Positions 62,110 through 64,000 of a stretch of DNA of 64,000 nucleotides are shown here, piece by piece. A program made the translations under genes and the position numbers. Position 1 is the first letter of the stretch, and each line of letters opens with the position of its first letter. Origin of the DNA: Chiloscyllium plagiosum (taxonomy: Eukaryota); contig NC_057711.1 in NCBI RefSeq assembly GCF_004010195.1, positions 76,401,817-76,465,816 on the forward strand, in the 5' to 3' direction. The notes under the pieces are model-generated. The model did no database searches. It was not told the DNA's origin and was given only the letters and a program-made list of their open reading frames with translations.

Positions 62110-63180
62110 GGTTGCATTGGTAGGGATTAATTTTAAAAGCAGAACCACAAATGTAATAATCTCTAAATCACAAGCAAAATGGCACACAATAAATAAGGAG
62201 ACCCAAGTGAAGGCATGCCTCAGGAGATTTGTGAAGAGAATTTCAATTTTTGGGTCTCTTGCGGCACCACTGAGGATAGAGAGTGTTGGGTGTCTGGAAG
62301 GTTACATTCAGCTTTTTCTGTTCTTATTTTATAAAATAAATAAATGGGCATATCTAATGGTCATTAGAAAGCCATGGTTGCAAAGAAACCAAGGCTCAGA
62401 ACTGAATATTTCCGGTGATTTGATATTATCAAGCATAGTCAGAACAGAAAAAGTGGTGAGGCAACTGTTTATCAATAAGGAGATCAGGACAGTGCTGACA
62501 GATGATCTTAGCTCTGAAGATTAAGATGGAGAATTGGTCTGGGAGGAGATTAAAAATAGCAAAGAAAAAAGGTCATTACTGGGAACGGGTTTCAGCCCCC
62601 TTCCCCCCCATAGCAATTACACTGCAGAACAGAGTGCAGTATACATGAAGAAATAATTGGAGTTTATAAGAAAGGCACTGCATTAATCATGTGCAAATTT
62701 ATTCTTTCTACACTCCGCCAAATCAAGTTTGCAAATTTAACATTGGGGACAAGTTCATTGAGTTAATTTGGGCTTTATTTCAATAATACATTGTGGACCC
62801 AACCAGGTGACAGACTATCTTGGATGTAGTAATGTGTCATGCAATAGTTTTAATTAATGATTTCATAGTAAAGGATGTCAATGGAAGAGTGACTATAACA
62901 CAATGGGCTTTCAAGTTTAGTTTGAAGGCAAGAAATCTGGCTTTGAAATTAAAGTCACAAACCTGAAAAAAAGTAGCTACAAAGGTATGAAGGCAGAGTT
63001 AACTAATGTGTTGAGAAAAATAGATTAAAAGGTAAACAATGGCAGACATCTATAGAGCTATTGCGTAATTCTCAGTAAAGATATATTTTATTAAGAAGGA
63101 AAGACTCTACAAAACATTGCCACCGACTAAGGAAGTTAAGGATGGTGGCAAATTGAAATAAAATACATACAACATTGCAA
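62110..63180 (+). mobile_element. Decayed CR1 ORF2 endonuclease region
   Basis: TGGTTGCAAAGAAACCAAGGCTCAGAACTGAATATT (WLQ..Q..ELNI), TGGGAGGAGATTAAAAATAGCAAAG and CCAACCAGG...ATCTTGGATGTAGTAATGTG motifs. Confidence 0.8.
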
Positions 63181-64000
63181 GTACACAAGCCACTATAGGT
63201 AAGCTTAGACTCTCATCTGTACCGACAGGACACTAAGTACAACAGTGCAAGTTGAACAGTTTGAGGGGTTGAATAGGTCAGAAAGTCTAATTCCTCAACA
63301 GCTGCATTTTTGTATGACACCACTGCTTGGTGAAGCAATGAGCATACATGCATGAAAACACCATGTGCAATGTACAAGAATTATTTTAAAACTTCACAAG
63401 CAAGAAGAAGAAAGAAATAATTTCCGTCTTGATTGTGTGATTGGTCATTTTGCCAGTGAAGTAACCTGCAAGAATTTTCCTTAATATTGCAAACATATTG
63501 TAACTGTATCCATGCATGTGCAGGTGGATCATAGCAGCCATTTTTAATGTTTGCACCCTATGTTCCTGAACACACTGGATTATGTCTTGCTAAATCTGTT
63601 ATTCTGCAGAAAATTTAAGACATTTAATTGACAGCTTCTGAGGCAACGATGTAGATACAGACCAGGACCACCACCCATGTGACCAGTACACCTATTCACA
63701 CAAGCCAATGATTCATGAAACCAGGAACTGAGGAAATTTCTGTTCTGGACTTTGCTACCTTTGGGCACCCTCCCGTCAATATTCCTATAAAAAGGAAGTA
63801 CCCTGTAAAACCTCATTAAAACCTATGCTTAGAGTTCACAGCCATTTCAGAGGACAGCATCAGAGCCTGTACATCTTAAGTAGACTGCCAAGAGATAGAA
63901 AATTATTAGAATAAGTCTTAAGAATTGTTATTATTTTGGCTCCATTTGCAAGATGCTATAAAAGGTAGAGCTCGGAGAGTAACTCAGATGGCCCAATGGA

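Overview
Eukaryotic, AT-rich, CpG-poor vertebrate genomic DNA. The repeat content (HE1/V-SINE-like SINEs, many CR1 LINEs, Penelope-like elements) suggests a shark or other elasmobranch; this is an inference. The window holds the last nine coding exons of a PCSK5-type proprotein convertase on the + strand (642-37078): the end of the P domain, furin-like Cys-rich repeats and the PC5A-type terminal exon. They are followed by a probable ~3 kb 3' UTR. The nine exons join in frame (1123 nt). One intron has a GC donor, and the terminal exon is preceded by a 293-nt AG-free zone with a candidate distant branch point. The rest is intronic or downstream DNA packed with decayed retroelements. The most striking non-coding signal is a set of Penelope-like elements and short fold-back elements derived from them, which carry minimal hammerhead-ribozyme motifs (CUGANGA...GAAA-NN-UH). 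Two of these motifs are fully intact, both on the minus strand. Repeat boundaries are read by eye and are approximate.
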